The notes under the pieces were generated by a model. It did no database searches, was not told where the DNA came from, and worked only from the letters and a program-made list of their open reading frames with translations. This document shows, one piece after another, positions 38,501-53,500 of a stretch of DNA of 64,000 bases (position 1 is the stretch's first letter; every line of letters begins with the position of its first letter). The translations under genes were made by a program, and so were the position numbers. This DNA is from an uncultured Planctomycetales bacterium (lineage in GTDB: Bacteria > Omnitrophota > Gorgyraeia > Gygaellales > Profunditerraquicolaceae), in NCBI GenBank assembly GCA_964413025.1, contig CAYPRG010000001.1:464-64463 (forward strand), given 5' to 3'.

Positions 38501-41500
38501 GTCCTTAAAAGGCAGGTTGGCCCTAAATACACATCAATATTTTTGACTAAACCCGCTCTTATTTGTTCAGCGTATGATGAGGGAATTGTGTCAGAAAGTA
38601 TTTCTACAAAATTACCGTCTTTGTCTTTAAAAGTTATCTTCTGTGGACTCACGCCATCTTTGCCAAATGTATCTTTTCTGGCAGGATTATGGTAAACAAC
38701 TTTGGTTTTGCTTAAGAAATTAAAGCTATATAAACCTTGTTCGTTAAATAACCAACCGGCTAACAACGGTCTTAGCTTAAGATTTAATTCATTTCGCTCA
38801 TTTAAGAAGAATGGCCTATTGCCTAAATTCATTAGAAGCCATATATGTAAAAATTCTACGGTTGAACCTGACAGGCGGGCCACAAAGCCATTTCCCCGCA
38901 AATTTTCATCTGGATAAACGCTGCTTGCCAAAAACGAGGAATTTTCCAAAATGCTGCGGCCGTATCTTTCGGGATTCTGGAAAGGAATGAACGCGGATTT
39001 AAAATCCTGGTAAAATTGTTCTACGAGGCCGCATTTTAAAGTTTCCAAAAGATACTTATATTCCATATGAAGCCAGATAGATTCGCGCTCTAACCATCCT
39101 GGGGGGAATGTCCGGCACCTTCCGATCTCTTCGGGCATTTCTTTGAGAGAAGCGCATACTTTATACATCCTAAGTTCTTTATCATAGAGCTCGCTTTTTC
39201 TTACTGCTTCATATAAAGCTTGTGCTTTGCCCATACCTCCGGTTGTCCTCAGGGCGTGCACGAAAGACTCTAAAAATAGAGGGAGTTTTTTCTGGGTGAA
39301 TTCCTGGGCTTTTATGTATTTACCGTCAAGAACTTCATATTTAGTAACTTCGTTTATAAAATAAGCCGGATAGATATTTTGTTGTTTGTCAAAAGCTCTT
39401 TCAATGCCAGATTCTATTTTCTTTAAAAAGTTATTTAGAATTAAGGTAAGCTCGGGGGCGGATATTTCTTTTTCTTTTCCGCTAAAACCAAATTTTGTTT
39501 TCAGGCGGTATTCCTCTTTAGCCGAATATGACTTATCCCAATATGTGTAATCTTTTATACCAGATGTGCTTTCAAAATATTCTCTGGTTAAATCATCAAG
39601 CTTGGCCAGGAGGCCATAGACCTCTTCTGTTATAGGTAAAGCTCGTATAGCTGCTTGCTCAAGGGAATCCCTGATGAAGATAAGAAGCCTTTTTAGCTCG
39701 AAGGTCTCGCAGAGCGAAGAGCCAAAAAGCGCAGGCAGCCCATTCAAGGCATCATACCAATTAGGTTTACCAGCCTCCATCTCGATTCCCATTCCAAGGG
39801 GGTCAAGGCTGGCCATTTTATTGGCTGCAAGGCAAAATAATTTATTGATAAGGGTGGTCTGATAAATCTGGCCTTTACCATAATCTGTTCTTGCCAGATG
39901 AGGTAATACCGCTCTCCCCTGAATCATTTCTTTTTTATCATTATCGGCGCAAATTGAGTTGAGTTGTCTTGGCTGGCCGTTTAACAAGACGTATTTTTTT
40001 GACCTGGGATTAACAACCTCAATATTGTCAAAATAAGTACATTCCCTCTTCTCAAAAATTATGTTTTTGAACTGTTCCGGATATACCCCTAAGAAGCTAT
40101 CAAGAAGGTCAAGGTTATAAGTCCAGTGGTCTGACCAAAAACCTTCACCGTGTTCGGCTTCCTGATTTTTTTCAGCATGAGAAAGGATTAAGACAATAAA
40201 TTCTTCGCGAGAGACCTTTAGTCTGACTTGGTTTTCTTCTATGAACAGGGCTAACTCACCGGGAGTAAATGATTTGCCAAAGAAGTACTGTAAAGCAGGA
40301 ATATCCTCTTTTTCGGTAGAATCTTTCAGGATTGTCTTTATATCTATATCTTTTTTGAGCATAAAACTTACTCCCTTTACCAACAAGGGGTTGAATCCGT
40401 CTGTCTGCAGAAGATTAAAGAAACAAACTACGTTTTCCTCTCTTACATCGGGATTAAACCAGACATCAACTCTTCTGTTCTGGTTTATGTCGCGGTAGCT
40501 GCCGTTGCCTTGCGAGAAATAGGATGGCTGTATCAAGAAACTATTGTAGTCCCTCTCCAAGTCGCCGTGCTTACGCCCATAACGATAAAATACCCCGGAT
40601 TTAGAATTTGATTTAAACACGACTGGGTAGCCGCCGCGCATGATATTATCCAGATAAGTTTGTTTTGTGTAGAGATCTAATTCTTTTGAACTGCTTTCGG
40701 TAGCAATATCGTTCTGGAGTTCTGCGATAACTTTTGCGTTCTCTTCTCTCTTCTGCCTGAGATAACCGGCTGCCATAATTTTAGAAACAGAGGAACTAAG
40801 CATCTCTAAATTCCTCATATTACCTATTACCGAATAAAATGTATTTTCCTGGTCTGGAGCTATTTCAATGCTAAGCGGAGAAAAGGCGCATGGAGTTTTG
40901 CCTATAATCACCTGCTTTGCGGGATATTGAAAATTTTTCACATCTAAGAATTGAGAAGGAGTTGAGAAATCGGAAATCGGGCCGAATATTTGCTGCGGGT
41001 CAACGATAGGCTTTATGATTTTTGGCCCGTTTTTATCATAGTTGAAGCTTAGGTAAAAATTGCCTTCCTTTATGCGGGTAACTTCGGGCTTATCCGCCAC
41101 CTCTACATCCAGCTTAAAGAACGGAACGCCATTCTCAAGGTTTTTAACGGTAAACCAAGCCTCAACGGTCCTGGATAAATGTTTCAGGAGGTAATCAGTA
41201 ATATAGCTGGGTATAATTTGCGGCAGGCCATCTAATAATTGCATTTTTATCGGCTTGTTGCCTATATTTTTTATGGTAACGGTTCTTGATAAACCGGCAT
41301 AAGCGTCATTGGGGATTGTAAAATATTCTACGGTTACTTTAATCCCCAAATATAAGTTATATTCCTCTATTGTCAGGCCGTGCGAACTAATCCGCATGTT
41401 GTTAACGAGGCTAAACCGCGAATTTACAAGCCCATTTTGGAAAGGCTCATAGAAAATAATTTCTTGGCCTGTAATTACCTTGATAAAGGTGCGGAAGCCA

Positions 41501-44500
41501 AGGGAAGTTACTAACTGCCAAGCCTTATTCGCCGGATAAAATTCCATTATGCTATGGTCTTTATCTGTTGTGCCGAAGCTGATTAATCCCTGTCCGCGGT
41601 TTACGTAAAATACCCACATCGGTATGCCGTATTCCCCTGCGATGCCGGGGAAGAAATTAGCAAAGGGCTTGGCAAAGTTATAATTCTTGATTACGAATTC
41701 ATTCTTATCGTTAAGGAAATATTCGGGGATTTTAGAACACACGTCTTCGGACGAAAGCGGTTTCTCCGGAGTTAAAATTAAAGATGGCCGAGCAACTTCC
41801 TGTACCGTAATTAATTTTAAATCATCTTCGGAAATATCAATAATATAATTGCAAGCGCCAGGATTATTCTTCAAAAACTCTTCGTAGCTTGGCACAAGGC
41901 CGGTATTATAGAAACCCATCTGCCTGTCCGCGTTATTAGGAGTCAAGGCGCGGGTGCGCATTTCAAATTTGGCTTTGGTGCGGTCCGGATTATCTTTTAA
42001 GCAATAACGGATATCGTAAAAACTCCTTAGCTCGGGAGCATTCGCGTACTTTCCGTCAATAATCACAATTGTCTTATTGGTCAATTTAAATTCTAAATCT
42101 TTTCTCTCGCTGCCTCCGCGGATATAGGCATTAGGAATGCGCAGAGTATTTTCATCTTCTCCTGAACGGCGGAAAGTATTTATCTCACTCATCATCTTCA
42201 AAATTGCCGGAAGATCAAAGAATGTTCTTTCCTCAAGATAGGGTTGATTAGGGGTAATCCGAGAAATTATTTCTTCACCTAACAAAGCGCGCTCTTGCTG
42301 AAAAATCTCTTTTCCTGCTACTAAATCCTCAATAACATAACGCCACTCTTTTTGTTTCAAGAACATATCCAGGCCCAGAATAACTGTTTCATAGCCCAGG
42401 GGCTTTAAGAATTTAGCGACCTCTTCAGCAATGGTTGTCTTTCCTGAACCGGAAGCGCCATCAACAGAAACTACCGCCATTTGGCTTATTCCATCTCTGC
42501 CCGCTAATTCTCTAATATCCCTGCCCATATGGCCGGCGATAGATTGAAGCCTCTGCCTAATCTGTTCTTCTTCGGTTATCTCATAAGGCTTTCCGGTGCG
42601 GGGGTCTATAGGAGGATTACCATAATAACCCTTAGCTTTGGCAAATTCATGCACTAAACGAGGCACAAATGCCGCGTCATGGCTGTTGCGATAATATGTA
42701 GAGCTAACGTTCAAGTCTATATCCGGGTCTTTCACTGCCAGCATGGGGAACATAGGCAGAAGCTCGGCGCAACCCATCTGCTCAGCAATTTCTCTAACCA
42801 TCGCTTCCAGCATTTCCTGAGTCATTGAAGCGCCGAAATCCCCTCTTTGTATAAATGCTACGGTAATTTTATGCTTAGGATTACTCCCGAATTTATGTTC
42901 TCTGGCAAACTCAAGTTGCTGTTTAATGTATTTTCTCACTCTGGCTTCATTCTCTATGCCTAACATATAGAAAATATGGATTTTCTTATCAGCGTTCATT
43001 GCCAGGAAACGATGCATTTCATCCGCGCCTTCGCGTGCATTATTCGGTTCGCTTCCTAAATCCGTATATTGGACCAAAGGATATAAACCTAAAAGTATAT
43101 TTTTAATATTCTCATGGCGTTCTTTTGCCGGCACGCGGTCTGATTCAGGCAAGTCCTTATAATTGATCTCTCCCTGGACACGGTAAGTTACAAAATCTAA
43201 ATCCAGAAGATTTATTCCCATTAAAGCGATTAAGATATGCCCCCAGTTAAGCGGGTTGCCGGTAATAGGCAGGAATCCGATTTTGATTTCGCGCTCTATA
43301 TTATGAGTCCAGCTGTTTTTTGCTTCCTGGCTATATTTCAATAAGTTTAATTTTACAAAAGGATCAATTTTTCCGCTTAAAACTTTCTTTTCAATATTTG
43401 AGTATGTTTTGCCTATTGCGTGATAGAGCCGGGAGAGAAAAGGTACGGTCTTCTCATCTACATGCGGGTCAGACATTTCAATATCAATCTTTACATATTC
43501 CCAAACTTTCCTTATCGCCAAAACCGTTTCCTGAACAATTTCTTTTTCAGTTAAAGATTGCGCGGGCCTGGGGCGAGAATTCCTTATCCGGTAAATATAA
43601 TATGCGCGCTGTCCGCTGCCTCTTAGAACCGGATCAAATTTGGCTCCCATCTTTTGATAGAAGCCCATCGCGTCTTCTGTGCTTTCAATCCAGATCTGCT
43701 TCAGGCCCATAGCACCGGCCAACTCTGCTACCTTATTGAAAAGATGCCTGCCGATACCCTGGCCTTCATAGTCGAACGATACCGCCATGGCGTGCCATTT
43801 TCCGTTATCTCTATCGCTGGGTATCCATTGGAATCCGCCTACAATTTCCTTGGTGAACGTATCTTCTGCTACGTAAGTAAATTTTAAATAAAGCTTATTT
43901 TTCTTATGCAGGGAATTGCTAAGGCCGGTACCGTCAAAAACTTTCCTCAGGCCTTCCAAGTCATCCTTTAGATTATTTTTATCCAAAGGCCTGATAATTA
44001 TTCTCCCTTTGTTTAAGAGATCTATGTATGCTTTATCCAGCTTTATGTCAAACATGCCGGATGCCTTAAAGAACTTATTGTATTCTTTGGAGTTTTTAGC
44101 GAAATATTTACGGCTAGCCGAACAGGCGGCCTTATGGGATGAAGTTTCTAATTCTACGAGTTCGTGGCGGATGAGGTCATTAATAAAAACCTGGAAGAAA
44201 TCAGAAAGGCCATCTTCCGAAAAAGGCGGAGCGCGGGCAGCCAAACCCTCCAATATTGTAATCTTACCAGGCAGGGTTTCTACATCAGCGACTTTACCAC
44301 TCTTGGTTTTGTTCTTAAAGACAATGATTCCATCTATTTTGGCTTTACTGCCGCAGTTTAAAAGAGACTGCTCAACATATTTTCTAAAGTCCTTTAACTG
44401 CCGTACGGTCGGTTTATTCACTTTGTCGAGAATATTGGCGGGGTAAGCGTGTGAATCCGGAGGAACCGCTTTCTTTTCACCCAAAAATATATCCGCGTCT

Positions 44501-47500
44501 TTTTCGGTTAACGCCTGGTTCGCTTGCAGATATTCCTCTTTATGCGCTCCTTTATAATCAACTTTTCTTCCGCCTAATTTGGGGGTTAGAGCAATAGACT
44601 TAACCTGGTCATTATGGACATAAAGAATGAGGTTATTCTGGCCTTGCAAGATATAATCTATGCCGGTCTTACCTAAAAGACTACACATCGCCAGGTCACC
44701 TGCCGAAGCAGGCGCTGAACGGGGCAGATAATCTAATTTTCCGGCCAGGCTTATGCTGATTCCTTCTTTCTTCAGGGGGGCTTTAAGCGCAGCGGCAATG
44801 ATGCGGCCGGCATCTTCTAATTTGGGATGGCCAAACTGGTCTAAAGATTTTCCGCCCACTTCAAAGAAGGCGGCTTTGGCAACGTAGTCTTTTTCAAAGG
44901 CCTTATCCAAAATTAATTTGTTACCGCTGAAATTAGGATTTATTTTTATGCCTTCCGAAACCACTACTACCGCATAGTCATATTTTTTATGATAATCTGC
45001 AATGTCTTTGGCGAGCTGAGCCAGGTCGAGATTTTCTTCTTCAGGGATGAGGGTACGGCTTGCCTTGACACGAGCGCCTATCCGCAGAGCAGCAAAGCCG
45101 GCATTCCGGCCAAAGACTTCTACTACCAACACGCGAGCAGTAGACTTTGCATCTACGACCCCACCTTCCAGCAACTTGGCTGCGGCCTCAGTAAAGCTTG
45201 AGAATCCGTAAGTATCGGCATCGGGCTCAGGAAGATTCAAATCATTATCCATAGTCTTGGGAAGGCCGATAAGAAGGAATTCCGGATGCTCTTCATGGAG
45301 TTGATAAGTAACACTATTAGTATCATCTCCTCCGAGAGTAAGCAGGCCGTCTAATTTCAAGCGCTGGATATTCTGCCAGAGTAATTGCGGCTGGTTTAGA
45401 TTTATCCCTTCTTCGCTATAAGGATTAAATCTTTCCGTGCCTAAGATCGTCCCGCCTTCAAAACGATGCGCCTCTACTTCTTGCAGATTTAAAGGTTGTG
45501 CCTGAGCCACTAAGCTTTCTTCTACCAAGCCCTTCCAGCCCATTTTTATACCGATAAGTTCTATTCCGTTATTTTGGGCTTCAGCCAAAGCAGAATAAAT
45601 CACCTCGTTATGCCCTGAAGCCGGGCCGCCGCCGGTCAGAATACCCAAACGTTTAACAAAACGAATTTCAGGATAGTATTGCCTAGCAACACTTTTAACT
45701 TCTTCGGCAATGTCTTGAGGAACTATTAAGCTAGTTTTCTTAACAGAAACCGTAGAACTCCTTTCAAGCTCGTCTTTATAACTCCTAACATTCTCTCCGC
45801 TAACCCATTCTTCAATTTTAACCTTATCCCCAAATTTTTCCTGCAGTTTTTCTCTTAAGCCATATGGCAATGGCTGAGAAGACCAGCTAGATGTCCCATA
45901 GAAATCATAATCCTCTGTATATTCCCGGTCAGGCAAATAAATCTCAATAGCATTATCATCTATTTTTATACAGCCCATTAGAGTTTGGGATACCTCCAAG
46001 CTTATGGCTTTTTGTTGCAAATTTTTCTGTAATTCTGAAATTACTCTGTTACTATTTGACTGTTTTTCAAAAAAGAACCTGAATAAATCTTCTGTGAATT
46101 CTTCGGGCCTATTCTTTAACCACGCCAGCGTATTATCAAGATCTGACCATTTGATATCTTCAACTTCCCATTTTCCGGGTTCCTTTTCATTGCGCCCTTT
46201 TAGTTCCTCTTTAATTTTTCCTGAATCATTATTTAAACTCGAACGGATTTCCTGAAGCAAACTGGCCTTAGTTTTGACTCGTACTTCTTCTTTAGAATTC
46301 AAGATAAGTATGTAAAGCGCTCTTCTTTCTCTATTATTGTCTTCTCTTACATTATAAATATATTCACCAGCTGTCCCTATCGGAATAAGCCTTCCCTTAA
46401 TAGATTCCCTTAAGGCTTCGTTGATTTCCTTTTCTTCGTATATATCCGCTTCTTCAATCACTTCTCTCACCGCGGAATTCAGATAATCTGAACCGACAGA
46501 TACATGCCCGCCGAAAATAGTCCATAAATGAGGGAACTTCTTAAATCCTGCGCGCTGCTGAAGTATTAACTCAAACTTAGAACTGACAAGAATAATATTA
46601 GTAGTTCGATGAAAAAGGCCTGCCGCCTCAGCTATGTTTCTATCTGCTTGACCTACTATCTTCTCTTTCTCAAACCCTATCTCTGATTCTGGACTTAATA
46701 TATCTATCATTTCTCCTTTTAGTTCTTCTGGCTGCTTAATTTCAGCAGTTTTTGAAAAACCTAAAAGCTTTTGGACCCAGTCAGAAAGCGTATTCTGCGT
46801 AACCTGATATGCAGCCCGGGCAGCCCGCAAGATGCGCTCTTCAATCCCCATGTTTATGGCTTTGTAAAGAGCCTCGACTATTTCTTCCTGTTTATAGGGG
46901 TCGACACCGAGCGTGCCGCTATCTACTTCCTGATATGCGCCCATATTCTTTGAAGCAATGATAGAAGCTGGCTGCAATATAACTCTTTGTTTCTTATAAT
47001 GATAGGAACGCAGTGCATGGTTTGCCTCTGCTATGACGAATGGGTCGTTCAAAGCAGCAAAAACCTTGACTACCAGATTCATACCATCGCGCAGAGAATT
47101 CACGATGGCAGCATCACAAGCCAAGCATAACCCCACCCACTCATCAATCGGGAACAGATTCACTACGATAATCGGCCAATCTTTATCAAAACAATTCTGC
47201 CAATCATCCTCTGTTTCGATTATTCCGTTCCAAGAAATTTCCGGAGAAAACTCCTTATTTATCCCGATAACGAGCTCTTTAACCTGTCTCACCATTTCCT
47301 GATACTGCGGGATATTTAACCGCGAAGGTATAAGCCAAGTGATAAAAGAGAGTTTATTCCTTAAGTCCGGATGCCTCTCCAGAAGCGTGCGGAAAGCGGT
47401 CAAACCTTCTATAATCCCCTTGGTCAATTCTGTGCGCTCAGCCCTGCCGATAATGAATTTATCTTTGGCCTTCATTTTTAATTTTTGCGCTAACGATAAT

Positions 47501-50500
47501 ACGGGAAGGCTTAACGCTTTCTCCCTGAAGAGGTCGAAATCGCACGAAATCGGGTTGGCTTTGACCAAAACCTGGCGACCGGCATAAATAACCATACCCG
47601 TATCGCGTTCACACACTGCCCCTAATAATTTTTCGCATGCGTCTATAAAGTTGTTGACGTAAGACTGCGCGCTGAACACTACCGAATTATTAGACAACAT
47701 GCCTTCAAGAATCTCGCGTAAAATTTCTTTGGGCACCGTAACCTCAAGGTAATCCAGCGACGGCCAAGGTACGTGTATAAAGTGGTCGGTATAAACTGCG
47801 GGATACATAAAACGCAATTCAAGAGGAGCCAGATAAACATGATAGTCATGGAAAGATACACGGGCATGAGGAACCGTATTTATCAGTTGCGCGATTATCT
47901 GGCCGAAGCGGCGGTTAACCGCCTTGTAATCGCGATACCCTGCGATAATCTCAGGAGTGAAAGCGCCGCTCATCTCATGATGCGCCAGCCAAAGAGCAGG
48001 ATTGGCTACTATATTATAGAACCGGTTAAATTCCGCATCAGGATGCAGTACATACTTAACCCATATGTTGTTATCAAATTTAACCAGCATCTCTTCTCTA
48101 GCAATCGCTTTTTCTTCCTCGGTCATAGCCGCACAGACAATAATCCCGCCTCCGCTAGCCATGAGTAAACGATATAAAGGATATGCAACAGCGCCGTTAT
48201 CTTTACACATAACAACTTCGCCATCCCTAGAAATAATCCTCGCCATTCCTTTGTTATAGAGAACAATCGATGGCGTTGGCCCCAAGTCTGAAATGACAAA
48301 ATCCAGGGACGCCTTAATCAGCGAGGCGGATAAGCATCCGCTGGTCAATACTTGGTTAGAAATCGAGCGTATCCAGGGATGTTTACTGTAAGCGAAATTC
48401 CCTGCGGAAACCAAGAGCTTTGCGCACAACGACTCATCTGAAATAGAACATCTTAATCTCCTTACGCCTTCAAGAGCGGTATATACCAGGTATTCAGGGG
48501 CATACTCTGTGGAAAGAATGGTTTTATGGACAAAACTTAGGATTTTTTCTGTCCGCTTAGGGTTAGCAAAAGCGCTCCGTAGAAGGATTCGCAAGATATA
48601 ATGCCCTTCTATGGCTTCGGGAATGTTATGCAGTTGAACGCCCTTATTAAATCTCAGGAGGAACTGCAAACGCCATTCCAGGCGATCCTCAAAAATGTCG
48701 ATATTCCTTTCGATAAATTCCATTACCGCAGCACAGTCAAATACAGAGGAATACCCTAACCGTTGTATCAACCTGTCTTTTTTCTCAATGGTGCGGCATA
48801 GTTCATAATCTGTCCTTAATAAAGTCAAGAGGATATCTTTACGGGTGGCGGCGTGTTCCTGAACGTAAGAAGCTATTTCTGACGGCATTACGCCCTCCGG
48901 CCCTTCCTCGCAGACAAATATACGGGATTTCCAGAAGCCATCGCTATAACGTGGAGAGTGCACTCTCCACATAGGGATTATTGAACCGTTATAAATATAT
49001 ACCAGCTGCTTATCTACCAATTCCAAGAGGGCCTGCCGGAATTCAGATTCGGTGCCCTTAGGAATAATATATGTATTTTTTGCCGTATATGAAAATCTAT
49101 CCAAAGATATTGCTAAATTCCGCGCCTCTTCGCTCAATCGTAATTGAGCGTAGTTATCCACGGCCTCTTTCAATAATTTATAAGCCTTCCCCCGCTGGGC
49201 ATCATTAGTCAAAAGCATCTCTACCTGCTCAAGGCTAATATCTCCAGACAGCAATAAAGTCCGGATCCGGCCGATATATTTTGAATTTATTTCTTCGCCT
49301 ATACCTCGCAATCCGCTATCTTTAATAAGCGCTCCGGGCGTCTTTAGTCCTCCGTTTTCATAAATTGTAATCCGCTCCTTATCTTCTTTAAGGAATTGAC
49401 CCTCAATATCCCGTATTTGTTCATAAGGTAATAACTGCGGGTAAGTATTTGTATTGTTCAGGTTAAGGCCGTCCATGGCTAACCATCCCGCAAATTGAGA
49501 AGCTAGGCCGGACATTTCCTTTTCCTCGACTCCTTTAAGATAAACATATAAATCATCGATATCGCTACCTCTGACCATAACGCCTCGGGCGAAAGAACAA
49601 ACTGCCGTATTTATAGCGACAATTTGAGCTTTGGGATTGTTTTCTTTAATAGCTGCCTCAAGTTTTTTTGTCGCAGAAACAAACTGCTTATAAACTTGGG
49701 GAGTAATATCTAACATTCTGGGATGTTCTTTTTCTATGCTTTGGCTATGTTTAATAGCTATGGGAAGGTTGAGATAATAATGTAGCGCGGTTGTAAGAAT
49801 AAAGGCGGGAATTAAATAGGTATATCCGGACAGGAATATTGATGAAGCAGCAAAATTTACTAAAGCAACGGTCATTGCACCATCCAGAGGAGGCGCCTGA
49901 GGCATATTAGAGGTCCTGAATTTCTCCAGATGCAGCAGAATAAATATGGACCAGCTCAATGCCCATGCCCAGAGGCTCCCTAGCGCCGGCGTCAAGGCTA
50001 AAGCAGCGCCCCAGAATATTACCTGCTCAATTAATGCCTGATACCCTAACGGAACGCCCACTCTATCCAACGCCCAGCTTAAAGCAGGAATCATTGCTGT
50101 GCCCAGAATCTCGTTTCCTCCATTTTTTTGCTCACATTCCAACGCTCTCGTCTTCTCTTCAGTCATGCCAGCCCAAACCCTAATCAACCCCTTGGCTTGA
50201 TTTCTTATGTCTCCCTGGGTCATGCCCATTTTTAAAGAATTGTAAGCAACTATACCGTAATTTTCCGGATTTTTGTAATCTTCACAGGCTTCTTCTAATT
50301 GTTTCATAAAAGATTCTTTACTCGGCCTGGTTTCGCCGTCACTGCCGGGGTGCTTTTCATATTCCACAAGATAACCGGTGCCGCTGATTATCTGGCCTTT
50401 ATCATTTCTTACTATCGGCTTTAATCTTTCAGGAATAACTCCGTCTGGAGTAGCGAAAATCGGCGCCCCATTTAACTGAGCATTTCCAACACTTGTTGGC

Positions 50501-53500
50501 CCGGCTTCTTTGCCCAACCAAGATAACATCCCGCCAAAATCTGTCCCCTGCTGTATTAGCCAGGAGGTAAATACATTGTGATTAGAAAGCAATACCGTGC
50601 GATGGCGAATCCGAGGATCTTGACGTATTAAGTTCTCCGTTCTTTCAAGCTGTATATCGGAAAACTTGCTAAACTTTCTTCCGCCGGTAAAAATCGTAGC
50701 CAACGCCTTAACTATACGATCCCTAAAATTAGGGTCGCAAAGGATATCCACTATTAAATCGGCGCATTTATAATCAACCATCCGGCGCACAAAAGTAAAG
50801 AATGGCGATTCCATAAATCTTGCCTTGAGTTTTTTGCTATCATTTTCCCATTCCTTCTTAAGCTCCGCGTTAATTCCCCCAAAGGTCCCTTTAAATAACT
50901 CATCAACAAACCTCTGCTTCTGTTCTTTCTTTACGGTCAGTAGATCTTGAATAAAATCCTGCTTGAATTTGGGATTCTTTTCCAATTCAATAAAGAATTT
51001 AACGTAATTTCCGTCAACAATGCCAACTCCGGATTTATTCATCTTAGAGAAGTATTTTTTTACAAGTTCTTGAATTTTTAACCCTTGCCACCGTTCAATA
51101 TCAGAACCTTCGCTATTCCCGAATAAATCATCCTCTGCTACTTTATCAGCAAAGTCATAGAATATTTCTTCCCGTAATATTTTTGTGTGCTTGGTAGAAC
51201 ATCCTGTAATAACATCGCTTACCATCCCGGTTATCTTGACTAAATCTATTTTACCATCATAGATTGCCGAACGAAATTCTTCAGCTATTTTCAAGATATC
51301 AAACAAATAACTATTATAATAAGGCATACCGGCAGGCACAATTGTATGGTTATAATGATGCACCTTAAGATCTTTGAATGCCGGGTCATTTTTATATCCA
51401 TCCTGCCTTACGGCGGGGATGACTAAGGTGGTATTGATTTCACTGGTAGAGAAAATTAATTTCGGGCTTATGCTGCCGACCTCTACCCCCTCTTTAACAA
51501 ACCTCAATGCGACTTCGCGGTAGAGTAAAGTCTGCACAGCGCGAAAATCATCATAGCTTTCTCCGCAATAAGCTTCATGAAAAACCTGCGGGCAATAAAG
51601 CCAGTATTCTTTTAACTCAGAATAAGGATTCGCATAAATCTCAACATCCACTTCCCCTATCAAATTCATATTAATGGCTATCCCCTTATAGGTTTTAACC
51701 TTTACCAATAAATTACGGACTAAGTCAATGATGTTCTCTTTTTCTATGGTTCCGCGAGGTTCTAAAGCGCCCTGGCCTTTTATGGCCCTGGAATACAATA
51801 CGCCAAAAACATGAAGATGATTTCTTGCTTCAAGATTCCCCTGATATTGTTCCAATACCTGAAACCAACCCCTCACTAAATCAGGCTTAAAACTACCTAA
51901 GCCTCCAGCCATAAGAATCTTTGCCACTTCTCCTGTGTTATAAACCGCATCTTCCCATGAACATCCTTTCATCTTTACCAAATAATCACAGAACTCTTGC
52001 AAGAACTTCATTGATAACTCATATTCCATCTGCAGAACAAATATATCATACCCTTTCAGAGATTCGACTGACACACCTAAAGAAACTTTCTTAAATTCTT
52101 CCGCCCATTCTTTATCTACAGAATATCCTTCAGTATCTTCCTGCCTATCCTGCGCCTTAATGATAAGGGAAACTTTACGCTTTAAATTAGTGTCGCGTAA
52201 AATAACATCAATTACAGCTTGGCTGCCCCGTATTCTGTAGAGTTCGTTTAATTCTGTTAACTTTCTGGCAAATCGCTGACCCTGAAAATCCTGGTGAACT
52301 ATGAATATTCCGCCTTTTGCAATGAACTTTCTGCTCTTTCCTGCTTTAGCCTTATATAATACTCCTTTATCGGCTATACAATTGTTTGTCTCCAGGCCTA
52401 TTATTCTTCTAACAGAATCAAGGAGTTCGGGGCGGCTTTTTAATAATTTAAAGTTTATTTTCTGGACAGCCGGTTCGGGTAATTCGCGGACTAAGTGGAT
52501 AGATTCGTGGTCAAATACTACTTCTAATGTATTAAGGAGATCTTGCAGGTATTCGGGAGTATTTAAGCCCGGATTCTCAGGCGGCCCGCGGTCTAACCGC
52601 CAGTGCAAACCAATTTGTTTGGCTTTAGCATAACCTAATTCACCTTCTCTTCCGTAAAATTCCAGGGTGAATTCAATTTCTTTATTTTCGCCAATCCATT
52701 TCGCGAAGGCTTGTTTATCTTCTTTTTGCCTGCGTGCAAACGCATCGGTAATAATCCTGAGCAATGCTTCTTTTGTCTTTTCGCTTACTGGAGCAGGAAC
52801 GCCTTCAGGAAAACTAACCTGGATATTATCCTGCGCCTCTTGAGTAACTTTGACCTTAAATGTGACAGCGGGGACATCTATGGCTTCGGCGGTAGCGGGG
52901 AAATATGGATTGTAGCCATCCCAGTATGTCCAAGAAAGCCCAGAATTATACCTCTTTTTTCCTTCTAATTCGGCGGCATCTTTTTTAGCTTTCAACTCTG
53001 CAATTATAATACTTAGTTTTTCCAGCGCCTCACCAGCCTTAGTCTTAATTTCTAAATCGTCCCCATTTTCTATTAATGCTTGTAAGACAGGGATAGCAAC
53101 AGGACCAATTTTAATTAACACTTCTTCGGTAGCGCTATGGATATCTGACTCGGCATTTTCTAATGTTTTTATCAAGGCAAGTACGACGAATATGGTTTCT
53201 TTAGAAGCAACAGGTCCAATCTCACCTAATGCTTTGATGGCAGAGTAACGGCGATGCGGATCTCTTAATGCAAGGGTTAGGACCGGTATAGCTTCTTTTG
53301 CAGCCTGACCAATCTTGCCCAATGCTCCAGCAGCGGTGTAATAGACATCCCAGTCATCATCTCCGAATGCCTTAATAAGAGAAGGAACAGCAGCGCTGCC
53401 TATCTTAGCTAATGCTTCTTCAGCGCCATCTCTTTTTGCTAATCTCTTGATATGCCACTTAATCAAAAAATATTTACGCCAGACCGCAATAAACAAACTA